A stretch of DNA of 64,000 nucleotides, taken from Rhizophagus irregularis. Its lineage: Eukaryota. This document shows, one piece after another, positions 14,831 through 26,399 of the stretch (positions are counted from its first letter, which is position 1; each line of letters opens with the position of its first letter). The notes beneath the pieces were generated by a model. It saw only the letters and a list, made by a program, of their open reading frames with translations. It searched no databases and had not been told where the DNA came from. The DNA is taken from positions 2,976,001-3,040,000 of the forward strand of contig NC_089430.1 in assembly GCF_026210795.1 (NCBI RefSeq), in the 5' to 3' direction. Position numbers and translations under genes: made by a program.

Positions 14831-15779
14831 TTATCATTAAATTCTGAAAGATTAATTAATAAATAGTTAATACTTCAGTTTCTCAATAGCCTAAAACCGT
14901 ATTGGCAAGCCTGCAAATATTGGCAACTCTATAATCAAAAAGTGAAAGAATAGGAAATAATTAATTAAAGAAAAAATTTTGTAAGCAAGTAATAGCACAC
15001 CAGTTAGATGTAAGCTCTGAATCTGGTCAATCTGGTCATCCTAGGATCAATCCATCTAATAGGCAGATTTGGATTGATTAGATAAGTCATTCAAATAAAC
15101 CGAATAGATGACTGAATATCCGATCAATCCTATACAGAATCGACAAAAAAATTTCCTTTTTAGAAAATTTTATATTACATAACCGAAAACTAAATTTAGA
15201 AAAACTGGTTTTTTGTGGAATGGGCATCACCAAAAATGGAAATAATTGACATGCCCATGCATCACGTGACAACAATTAAATACCTAATCATAAATTCTGG
15301 CTAAAATCAAATGATCAGCAAAAAAATTCCTTTTTAGAATTCTTGTAAAACCCAAAATTTCATTTTTGCTAGGAAACAAAATTGCCTTTTCTAGATTTGT
15401 GTAATGTTACTCATACCCTAAAAGGATAATTCCATGCCGATTACTTAATTCTGGCTAGAATTATAATCAATCTGGTGCTCAAGAAGTTTTTGGGGCATTA
15501 AGCATTCATGACCACAACATTTACAGATTGTATCTTTTTTATCACTTCTTGTTTTTTTAACCATGGTGTTAGTTCTAACCAGCACTAGAGGTGCGCTCTG
15601 AATGAATCTGGTCAATCTGTCATCTGAATGATCACGTGACAGATCAATTTAGATTAAAAAAATCGAATCATCAGATTATCTGCGGATTGATTTTAAGCGA
15701 AAAAATCCATGCAAACCATTACAAAAGCAAAAGGAAGTAGCTTTTATTTAAACGCCAATTCAGGTGCCTATTCAAAAAG

Positions 15780-16659
15780 CTATTTAAGCTCCCAAAATCA
15801 AAGCACAGGTAGAAAGCTCTAGTGTAAATATGAGTAACAAGGAGAAGCCACATGTGGTAATCCCAACTCTAGTTCCTGAGCTAGAACTCGAAAAGGAAGT
15901 TTCAGTACTTGGTGTAGACTACATCACAAAAGAGGAGGCAAAGAACTGGATCAATCCAAATGCACGCAAACCCAAAGAGCGAATTAAGACATAAGGAGCA
16001 AGATTGCAAAAACGTTAGAAAGAATTAAATCTAGGTGTTGAGCCATATGAAGCAAATGATCTAGATGGTTGTAAAACCCTTTTCCATGATCTTGAACTAA
16101 ATGATCCAGAGGTAGTTCATCTACCGATATTAAAAGAGTTAGAATCTGAAGGTGGTCCTGAACCTAAAACACAATTATTTAGAAAAGGTAATAATTCTAA
16201 GAATTTGATCAATAAAGAATTTGAGTGCTTAGGAGAAATTAAGGGGCATGAAAGGTCAGAGAAGAATTTAGAATTTAGGGAACAAGAAGAATTGGAACAG
16301 CAGTTAAAAGAAGAGCTATAGCCGTACATCGTGCAAAAGTTCTCAAATTCCATCCAGATAATAGTAGTGATATACGAAAAATGTTAAAGAGTAAAAGAAA
16401 GCAGCAGTTTAGAGAAATACTTGAAAAGGAATTTGATAAGCGTGAACAATTTAAGTTCGCTCTATGTTCTCTTACTAAATTTCTTATAGATGATAAACCT
16501 GGAAATGAAAAACAGGGAAAAAAGAATTTACGAACTGACTGGCTTAAAAATAAGCAAATTATAGTTTATAATAGAAATGAAATAGATGATTACTTAAGCA
16601 ATGCTTTCGAACAAATTCTTTACCAAGTGGAAGAGAAAGGAGGTAAATCTAATACTTAA
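15780..16659 (+). pseudogene. Decayed ORF, possibly the N-terminal region of a Polinton-type DNA polymerase
   Basis: Protein-like reading with stops; FKFAL...KF...KQIIVYNRNEIDDYLSNAFEQILYQVEE resembles N-terminal regions of such PolBs from memory; ends abruptly at the integrase 3' end. Confidence 0.35.
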
Positions 16660-17232
16660 GTATCCATTGAGGGGGTAATTGCACATCTTTTACAATTTGG
16701 AGTTCTTCTCTTACAAATGAGCATCTAAGACCCTTGTAAAGCTTATAGAGAATAGGCTGATTTTCTTTTATCAAATAAGAATCAATTGTAAAAACTTCAG
16801 GAGACCAATTGCAATCAGTTGCCCTTCTTCTACCACCTTCTAATTCATCAGGTTCTAATAGATGTCAAACTTCAGTATAGCTAGGTAAAAGTGGTTCATT
16901 ATAACCAACTGGTCTCCTATGTTCGACAGAAGGTCTAGCTATTATTTTTTTACCTTTTAATGCCTTTTTTACAGCCTCGTTAGGAGACATACCTATTAAC
17001 CAAGTAGGAGTATTATTGTAAATATCATCATTTATACAAAGTCCCTTAACCCATGCTCTGGATCTATTAGTCAAAGGCAAATAAAAATCTTCAGCATTTT
17101 GCCAAAAATAAGTATGCTTTTCAAATTCTTGATGGTCACGTTCAGCAATAGCTACACTACGTTTAGAATTAGCGTACTGAATTTTTACACCATGAGAAAG
17201 TAATAAATCCCTACACTCATCCAAAAATTCAG

Positions 17233-19253
17233 CATATGGGCTGATCAGAACCCCGAACAATATATATAAAGGTAGGTTTTGAGTTTGCTTAACCAACATA
17301 TAAAAATTTTTCCTATGTGAGATTTATTATTGCTTATTTGATAACATAATTTTTAAATAGTCAGATATAATTATGCATAGCAGAGTATTAAATTATTAAT
17401 AGTCAGATATATATTTGCGTAGCAGGATAGAATTTTTTAATATATATATATAATATAATATATATTTATTTTCACATTAAAAAAATCTAATAAAAATATG
17501 TAAACAAAGTTATAAACATGTTTGTATAAAAAAAATTTACTATTTTTAATACAAAGAATAAGTTAATTGTATACGTAATACAGGGAACATTTTTAGACGT
17601 GATCGTGTAACGTGTTTTTGATAAAACAAATACGCGTCCGCGTAACATTAAAATTATAAATCATATACGCGTCTGTGTAACATTTAAAAAATATATATTG
17701 AAAATAAGAGCAAGAAAAATAAGTGTTTTTCTGTTTTTTTATAATTTTACACTATAATTTTTGTAATAATCAATAAAAGTTATTTCATTTTTACTTAGAA
17801 AATTTTTTAAAAATATTTTTTTTGACAAATTTTACAGTAAATTTTAAAAATAAAAATTCCGCGTATTGGTGGCGTTACAAAAAACATGAATAAATCCATA
17901 AATATCTATTCAATCATGATAAAAATTTATATGTAAGTAGATTCGAACCTGCTGAACTTTACTTAAGAAGGTTTTGGATGTTTCCTTTGACTAAAGTGCC
18001 CAAATTACACTCCGAAGTCACAGAACAGATATACGAAATATTAATAAGAAACATTTATAAGTTGTAATATTACAAAAAAATAATAATAGCTTTATCCATA
18101 CATTATTTCAAAAATTTTTGTTTTTTTAGTTTTTTTTATATACATATTTTATAAAAAAAATTATATATAAATATATATATGTCATAAAATAAGTTGCTTA
18201 GCAGTGTAAAAAATTTATGGGTTAGATAAAAGTTTGCTTAGCAGACATGAAAAATATTTGCTTATTGACCTTAGTAAATTTTGAATTTTTTATCTGACCT
18301 ATATATATATTGTTCGGGGTCCTGGCTGATCTGTCTACTCTGCATTAAAAAGAGTTATTGAATTGATTTTCACAATTTTTGTTACTCAAAATTGTTTTGT
18401 AATACCAAAAAATCATCTAATTGACGATTACTTGACTAAATAATAAGTTGAACAAAAATTTACATTTGCGAAACTTAAATTATTAAATGTAAAAGAGCTG
18501 TGAAAAAACCCATTTCACTAATAAAAAACCCATTTCTCATATATATGGAATTTTTAACATAGTATATTATTAAAAAGTAAGTATATTTTAATAAAATATA
18601 AAGTAAAATAAAAATTTATATAGCCTTAGTAGCTATAAATGTTTATAAAAGTATAATAAAAATATCATATAAAAGATGGTATCATAATAAATATTTTCAA
18701 ACAATAAAAATAATTATTTTATGTTGGAGTTTGTATTACCATCTTTAAACGCAAATATATCAAGATTCACTGATCCGTTTTCTATAATTTTAGGCTCGTT
18801 GGAAAGCCCTTATTCTGGACTTTATAGGCGAAAAAAGAGCTCGCCGATTGAATCATTAGATCCAGAGATATTTACATTTTAATTTGAGGTATGAACTTTT
18901 TAACATGCTTAAATGCAAATAACTTGGGATCCACTGATCCATTTTTTATAAATTTAGGCTCTTTGGAAAGCCTTTGATCTGGTCTATATGAACGAAAAAA
19001 GAGCTTGCCAATTGGATCACTGGATCTGGAGATATTTACGTTTTAAGTTGAGATACAAATTTTTAACATATATAGTAAGTGATAAGAATTATATTAATTT
19101 AAAAGAAATATTTACCAAATTATAGTATAATAACATTAAATAAAAATTTTTTAATACTCATTTCCAATTTACTGTATATTATATAGTATTTTGTATAATA
19201 AAAATGTAATAAAATTAATATTTTAATTAAAGGTAGACAAATTAGCCCATATG
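17233..19253. mobile_element. Non-autonomous TIR element inserted in the integrase
   Basis: Inverted ends CATATGGGCTGATCTGTCTAC (interrupted by the next element) and GTAGACAAATTAGCCCATATG; internal ~170-bp direct duplication at ~18760-19070; no clear TSD. Confidence 0.75.
17247..18323. mobile_element. ~1.08-kb MITE, copy 1
   Basis: TIR AG(A/G)ACCCCGAACAATATATATA; 8-bp TSD GGCTGATC (17239-17246, 18324-18331); near-identical inverted copy at 57804-58883. Confidence 0.93.
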
Positions 19254-20924
19254 GTATCTCTATTAACGATTAAAACATTTGGCAAAATAAGAGTGCAATT
19301 CAGGTCATCATAAATTCTCTGAAACGCTTTGGCCACTTGTGCAGATGATTTATTAGTTAAAGCAAAATTACGATGAAATCTAGTAGCCACATCTTTTATT
19401 ACAAACCTATACTTATAAATTCGATTGCCTATTTTATAAAGAAAAAATAGTGTAGTATCAGATTGATGCATATTGTTTAGGTTTTGTATATCATTAAAAG
19501 AAGCGTATTGGATAAATTTTGGCTGAGGTTTATGAATCTGATGTAAGGCCTACTTGTTTAGCCAATTTTTTATAATGGCTAAAGTAAATCCATATCTGGC
19601 TTTCTCACAAACGGTTTACATTTTTTCAGCAGTCTGATAATAGCTTTCAGGTCGATAATAAAGCTCTTGCAAAGTAAGGTTCTGGTCTAGCTCCCATGCT
19701 TTCTGAGGATTGATATAAATTAAAAGTTCTCCCATTCCAATTTTTTTATAATTACAAAAAAAAGCTGGCATCTATTAAGTCAGATTCTATTCATTAGTTG
19801 AGGCACTTTTTTCTTTACGTTTCTACCTCACCATTATCTCTTTTTGCAAGTTTAGGGGAGTGTCAAACCTTAGGCGGATTGCAAGGGGATTATCTTCTGG
19901 CCTAATGAGATCAAATATGACAAACTTACCTTTTCAAAGGTAACTATTAATAACCATAGATGCATTTTTTACATCATCAGTATAGCGCCTAATGATCTTA
20001 GAAATAACTTCATGTAAGCTACCGAAGTTAAATACTACTAGATGTGTTGTGTTTTCACGGGTGAATGTATTGAATTTATGATATTTTTGCATTACATATA
20101 CACATGAAATATTTTGATGACGCCCATTCCCAAAAAATTGGCCAATTCGATTTTGTATATTTTCTGAAGCTAAGCATATATCCTCAAAAATAATTAATGT
20201 ATTTCTCTTAGGTGAGAATACTTTTGTACTAGGAATTATTTTAAACAGTATATAGCTGAAACTAATATCCTCATAGTAAGGTGCTCTTGGGTCTTTTAAA
20301 ATCATATTATATATATATTTAACATATGCCTATTTTGGTTCATCTGGATGATAACCGCATATAATCAGGTCATCACAGCGGATATATCTAGACCCGCCTT
20401 TCTCCCCTTTGCACATATTCATCCTTATCACCAAGAACAAGGTTCGCAAGTAAATTAGTTTTATCTGTACCACTTTTCCTAGTAACAATTATACACAGGT
20501 AAAACGCTGACCAATCGGGTACCTACCTGATTGGTAACTTTTTTTTTGATCGGTCACCTGATTTATTTGATAGTTAGAAATTGGTGTATACTTCAATCGG
20601 GTATCAATAAGGTTATTACCCGATTGATAACTATCGTATAATTTAGATTTACCGATTGTTTTATATTTGATCAATTGGTATTTAAGTTTAACTTTTTTTT
20701 AACTATAATATTGGCTGATCAATAAGATTGCCCGAAATGACAACACGTGCTGTATTGAATATAACAGTTTTAGCTTCAGATTACCTTCTTTTAGATGAAG
20801 TTAAAGCCAATCTTTAAAAGTTAAACCAATCTTTAACTCATTTTTTCTTTATTTTACTTTTTAAACGAAACGGAAAGTTTTTTGACATTTCGTTTTTTTT
20901 ATTTTGAATTTTTATTAAAATTTG

Positions 20925-21560
20925 TCGGAACGTTTGTTAACGTTCTGATTTATTAATTTTTTTATGGAAACATTTTTTCTTTAAAAAAAATCTACCAGAA
21001 CATTAACTAACGTTCCGATTTATTAATTTTTTTATCGAAACATTTTTAACGTTTTGAACACTTTTTTTAAAAAAATCTATAGGAACGTTAACTAACGTTC
21101 CGATTTATTAATTTTTTTATTGAAACATTTTTAACGTTTAGAATACTTGTTTTTTTAAAAAAAATCTATAGGAACGTTAACTAACGTTTCTATTTATTAA
21201 TTTTTTTATCGAAACGTTTTTAACATTTCAAATGTTCTTTTTTTTAAAAAAAAACCATCAGAACGTTACCTAATATTCCGATTTTTAAATTCTTTTATCG
21301 AAATATTTTTAACATTTCGAATACTTGTTTTTTAAAAAAAATCTATAGGAACGTTAACTAATGTTCCTATTTATTGATTTTTTTATTGAAACGTTTTAAC
21401 GTTTCAAATGTTATTTTTTAAAAAAAAAACCCATCAGAACATTACCTATCATTCCGATTTTTAAATTCTTTTATCAAAACGTTTTTAACGTTTCAAATAC
21501 TTGTTTTTTTTTAAAAAAAATCTATCAGAACGTTTGTTACATTCCGATTTTTTGATTTTT
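20925..21560. repeat. Tandem repeat, ~85-90-bp unit with AACGTT palindromes
   Basis: About 7 diverged copies of GAACGTTAACTAACGTTCCGATTTATTAATTTTTTTATCGAAAC... Confidence 0.85.
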
Positions 21561-21859
21561 TCTCGCCCTGTAAAAAAAGTCAATCCGTTTTTATTTCCAT
21601 CTTTTATAACTGATAACCTTATATCATGGAATTTATCGAATTGTTCATATTTTTCGTGATAGAAATAATGGTCGATTCCGTCATTCTGACACTATTTCGA
21701 CTTGTATTGGATAGATCATTGGATCTGATGAATAACAGATTATCAGATCAATGATCTTTTTTTTTTATAAAAAAATAAAAAAAAAGTTTATTTTTTATTA
21801 ACCTTCCCACAGAACTAACGGAACGTCAGGGAGGGAAGGGGGGGAGGGGGATTTTTTAA

Positions 21860-23200
21860 ATAATGGACGTTAGTGTCATTTACTAACGTTCTATTTTCTT
21901 TTTTTTTATTGTAGGAATCTTCACGACGCTTTGAAACTGATGAAACGTCTTGGAAGGTAAATAAAGAAAGGGAGAATTTTTTTTTAAATAATAAACGTTA
22001 GTGTCATTTACTAACGTTCCATTTTCTTTTTTTTATTGTAAGACCCTCAAGACACTTCGAAACTGATGAAACGTCTTGGAAGGTAAATAAAGAAGAGAGG
22101 GGAATTTTTTTTAAATAATGAACGTTAGTGTCATTTACTAACGTTTCATTTTCTTTTTTTTTATTGTAGGACCCTCAAGACACTTCGAAACTGATGAAAC
22201 GTCTCAGAAGGTACCGTATTTTGCGGGCCACAGTACCCTCCCTATGCACAGTACCCTACAAAAAAGAACTCCCATTTTCTACCGATTTTATTATTTAAAA
22301 TAATTTAATAAATACCTAGGTATTACTCATGATAAATACCCAATTATTATATAAGTTTTATACATATCTACTAATAATAAAAACTCACACAATGGTGGGG
22401 GGTATAAGGTCAAAACCTCTGAAATCTGTATCATACCCGGGGTACTGTGGCCCCGTTATACGGTAAATAAAGAAGGGGAGGGGGAATTTTTTTTTAAATA
22501 ATGGACGTTAGTGTCATTTACTAACGTTCCATTTTCTTTTTTTTATTGTAGAACCCTCAAGACGCTTCAAAACTGACGAAATGTCCCAGAAGGTAAATAA
22601 AGAAGGGGAAGGGGGGATTTTTAAATAATGGACGTTAGTGTCATTTACTAACGTTCCATTTTCAAATTTTTTTAGGAACGATCCCGGACTTCGATATGAA
22701 TTTTGGATCGGTAAATTTCGAAAGTTTACTTAAACTTTCGAAACTTTTAATATTTTTTTTTAAAAAATAATAATTTAATTTTATTTTCTTTGTTTTTTAG
22801 GTACATCAGCTCCGATCATTGACTTGGACTTTAGATCGGTAATGGCAAGTTTCAAAGAGCTTAGCTTTGAAACTTTTTTTTTTTCTTTGTTTTTTAGGTA
22901 CTACCAGTTCCCTTGGATTTGGATCAGTAACAGTAAATTTCGAAAAGTTTCGTTTTAAAACTTTTTTTAATATTTAAAAAAAATATTTAATTTTTTTTCT
23001 GTTTTTTTAGGCACTATCAGCTATTGGTTCTGATCTTTAGAATTGGATCGGTAACGGTAAGTTTTGAAAAGTTTCGTTTTGGAACCTTTTTTTAATTAAA
23101 AAAATATTTATTTTTTTTTCTGTTTTTTTTAGGTACCATTGTCTCCGATCTTAGACTTGAATTTGGATCAGTGAGTTTTGAAAAGTTTCATTTCGAAACT
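21860..23200 (+). repeat. Tandem repeats made of intron-like plus micro-exon-like units
   Basis: ~135-bp units GTAAAT...CTAACG...TTTTATTGTAG followed by a 41-42-nt GC-richer block; a second unit type from ~22680. Confidence 0.8.
22214..22463. mobile_element. Tc1/mariner-like MITE
   Basis: TIR CCGTAT..(GC)GGGCCACAGTACCC with TA duplicated at both sides; inserted into a GTAAAT of the repeat. Confidence 0.8.
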
Positions 23201-23937
23201 TTTTTTACCAGATCCTAAAAAAGTTTCGAAAGTATAAGAATATGATAATATTAGTATCATAATTTATATATGGAATTATTAAATAATGTACTGATTTTTG
23301 TAATTTAATATTTTAATGTAAATTCTAAATAATTTTAAATAAAAATGCATTGTTATAAATTAATCGAAAAGTAATCAATCAGTACACTGACATTTAATCA
23401 AAAAGTTATCAATCGGTATACTGATATGCCAAATAGTAAATATCTTATTGGTAACTATTAATACCTGATTGCTTTCTATTGAATATCACAATTGGTACCC
23501 GAGTATCCTCCTTTTGCGCCATCTTTTGGCAGCAATCGGGTTTACCGATTGATGAAAATTTTAAAAAAAATAGGGACCAATCAGGTGGAATTCGGTCACT
23601 TGATTGGTTCCCGATTTGACATCGTTCGACTAGTGATAGCGAATGTCCATGTCATTGCTAGATGACCTACATTTTGGGATGATTCATGCTTTGTGACTTC
23701 ATCCATATTTAAAAGATGAAGTTTCATAGAAGGTAATCCTGTCTTTTGGTTCTTTTGCGTATCAGATTGGGAATATATAACCTTGATTTCTATTTAAGGG
23801 TATTTTATAATTCAGAATATTTTTTTCTTCATTGTAAGATGAATATAGATGAGAGAATACGCACCTTAAGATGTATATAATTAGTAATACTATTATAAAG
23901 ACGATTGCATGCTAAAAAAATAAGGAATAAGGTGGCG

Positions 23938-24181
23938 TAAGGTTGCTTGCTGAAACCTAGAGGTTTAGGCAAGATGGCGTTTCACCGAAAAGCGAAATTC
24001 TGCCAAAACTATATTAAAGTTATATTAAAAAACTGGCCAAACTTTGGAAAAAGGTGAAACTGCTGAAACTTATTATAAATGCCGAAACTGCCGAAACTCT
24101 GCCGAAACTATAATAAATCTATATTAAAATTTTGACGAAACTAATCGTAGGATTTTGAAGAGGTTTAGACAAGCAACCTTA
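23938..24181. mobile_element. MITE, same family as 37733-38598
   Basis: TIR TAAGGTTGCTTG / CAAGCAACCTTA; internal GCCGAAAC repeats; TSD imperfect. Confidence 0.75.
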
Positions 24182-25368
24182 ATAAGGCGATTCTGAGGTT
24201 ATTTCAAGGCTAGTGATTTCGTTACCTTGCTCCAGTTCGCTAATACCTCCAATCACACCATTATGTAATTCCTTTAAGATCTGTTCAGGCTCACTAGATG
24301 TTTTTGGGATCTGCTCAGCTAAATGATAATTAACTTCTTGAAGGAGAGAGTCTTTTTCTATTAAGGCCTTTTGCGCTGTGACTAAATCATTTTTATCTGC
24401 GCCAACTCATCCTTTTTTTTAGTCAATGAATTTTCTAAGTCCTCTTTTGCCAAACTTAGACCAATATTTTCACTAGTTAGTTCCACATTTTTCAGTTCCA
24501 ATTTACGTTTGATAGAATCCATTTCTGATAAATCATCCTGTACTAAAGAAACATACATCCTGCTCTAATTCTTTTACTTTTGATTGGAGAGCCTGTATCT
24601 CTTCCTTTATCTTGAACTGGAGGGCTTACATCTCCTCTGATTTTATAGTGAATCTGCTTTTAGCGTCTGCAAGAGAAATATCCTTGTGAGTAATCTGAAG
24701 TATAAGCTCATTTTTCTCTGAATGCAATTGTCTTATCTTTTCTCCAAATTGATGCATCTGATCAGAAAGTTTTTTATTTTCATTTTTGGATTTATCAAAG
24801 TCATCCTGTATGCGCTTTTTTTCTCTATCTAATATATCATAGTTATCCGCAAACTGGCTTCCTCAATATATAGCAACTTCACGGTCTTTTTTTGCACAAG
24901 AAAGTTGCTCTTCAAGCTCTGCTCAGCTGGAAGAATAATAATTAGCTGGAGTATCTCCAAGTTTATTACCATTATCCAGATCTTTTAAGATACAGATCTG
25001 GGAAATTTTATTGGTATTTTTTTTTTACTTTAGGCAAAAAAAAAATCAGTCAGGGTCTTAAATTTATAAGAAAATGGATTATTTTTGACAAATCTAATGC
25101 CTATTGATACTTATTGAAAAAAAAGATCGCTAATACCTACTGAATAGCACTGACACTTATTCATACTTATTGATACGCACTGAAAGAAAATACTGATATG
25201 CATTGAAGGTCACCAATATGTATTGAAGGCTACCGATATGTATTGAAAAGCACTGACTCTTATTAAAAGGCACTGGTATGTATTGAATCTCCAGAAATAT
25301 TGATACTCATTGAATAGTATTGAAAAAATTATTGGTAGTTTTTTTGCATATATATTCTGACTAAAAAA

Positions 25369-26240
25369 ATGGTCACCCACTTCCATGAAAAATTTTACCG
25401 ATCCAATACAACTCAGTTGTTAGAATCTGATATTAAAGAGATTAGAGAGTCAAGAGGTAAGATACCTAATGCAGTGTTGGGCAATTGGACAATTGGACGT
25501 TTTGGACATTTGTTCAAAACCTGTCCAAAACTTGTCCAAAACCAAAACCTTTTTTTCATTGGACAGGTTTTGGACAGATCACATGACAAAAAATTTAATT
25601 TTGGCCAGAATTATGACTAATTTTGGCTAATTTTAATTTTAGTTCAATTATTAAATTACTTCAAAAATCTTTAAATGTTAAGTTTTAATATTATTTTGAT
25701 TTTACATTAATTTTTATTATTTAATTATATTAAATATTTACTTTTTTAACATTTTAACATTATATTTTCATTTTATTTTTAGTTTCAGTTAATAAATATT
25801 AGGACTCTTGAGCAGTTTTAAACTGTCTAAAACTATGTCCAAAACTATGTCCAAAACTGGTTTTGGACAATCCAAAATTGTCCAATTAAAAAAACCAATT
25901 GGACAAGTCCAAAATCCAACACTGCCTAATGCACCAAAAAAAATGGCTGAAAAATTCCATATTAGTGTTCAGCATATTTATGAAATATGGAACAATAGTG
26001 AATGTCTCCAACAAGGGCTTATTTTATCTTCCTCCGATCAGCTTACTTTGGATAACTCTTAAAGCGGTATCAGAAGTATCATCTATATCCCTTCCAGCTA
26101 CAGAGATTCCAAAAAAGAATGGTTGAAAAAAAAAAGTTAAAATAGATGAGAAGTCGGTTACTGAAGCAACCAATATGGTGGAAAAAAATAACAAAAATGA
26201 TGTGATCTCTTCCTCTGATAATTTGTCTGATACATCCTGA
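25369..26240 (+). pseudogene. Small HTH-like protein gene split by a MITE
   Basis: Removing 25472-25924 and one TSD gives in-frame DIKEIRESRGKIPNAPKKMAEKFHISVQHIYEIW, an HTH-like pattern. Confidence 0.6.
25472..25924. mobile_element. MITE (hAT-like CAG...CTG ends)
   Basis: TIR CAGTGTTGG / CCAACACTG; direct repeat CCTAATG at both sides; TTGGAC/GTCCAA subterminal repeats. Confidence 0.85.
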
Positions 26241-26399
26241 AAAGCCAGGGTGGAATCTCTTCTTAAAAATCTAGTTAATTGTGGTGAAAAGCTTAAGGGT
26301 TTAACAGCTAATACCACTCTTATATAAAGATTCACATGTATCAGCAAGAAATTTACCAGTACTTAAGGCCAAATAGAACATTTTTTCAGTCTTTATGAG

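Larger units (their letters stand above)
16660..19735 (-). pseudogene. Polinton/Maverick-type RVE integrase, split by nested insertions at 17233-19253
   Basis: 5' part LYYRPE..YY..IKNWL..HQIHKP..HQSD..YKYRFVIKDVATRF..LTNKSSAQVAKAFQRIY..LIVNRDT joins 3' part EFLDECRDLL..VAIAER..YNNTPTWLIGMSPNEA..WSPEVFTI; internal stops. Confidence 0.85.
20494..23635. mobile_element. 3.1-kb non-autonomous CAC...GTG element (CMC/Chapaev-like), 3-bp TSD
   Basis: Ends CACAGGTAAAACG and CGTTCGACTAGTG; TSD ATA (20491-20493, 23636-23638); subterminal CCAATCGG/CTGATTGG motifs shared with 47122-51608. Confidence 0.88.
19790..23706 (-). pseudogene. A32-like (FtsK-HerA) DNA packaging ATPase, split by insertion 20494-23635
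   Basis: Removing the insert and one TSD restores WTFAIIVTRKSGTDKTNLLANL (decayed Walker A) in frame; Walker B LIIFED; FGNGRHQNISCVYVMQKY motif typical of viral/Polinton packaging ATPases. Confidence 0.88.
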
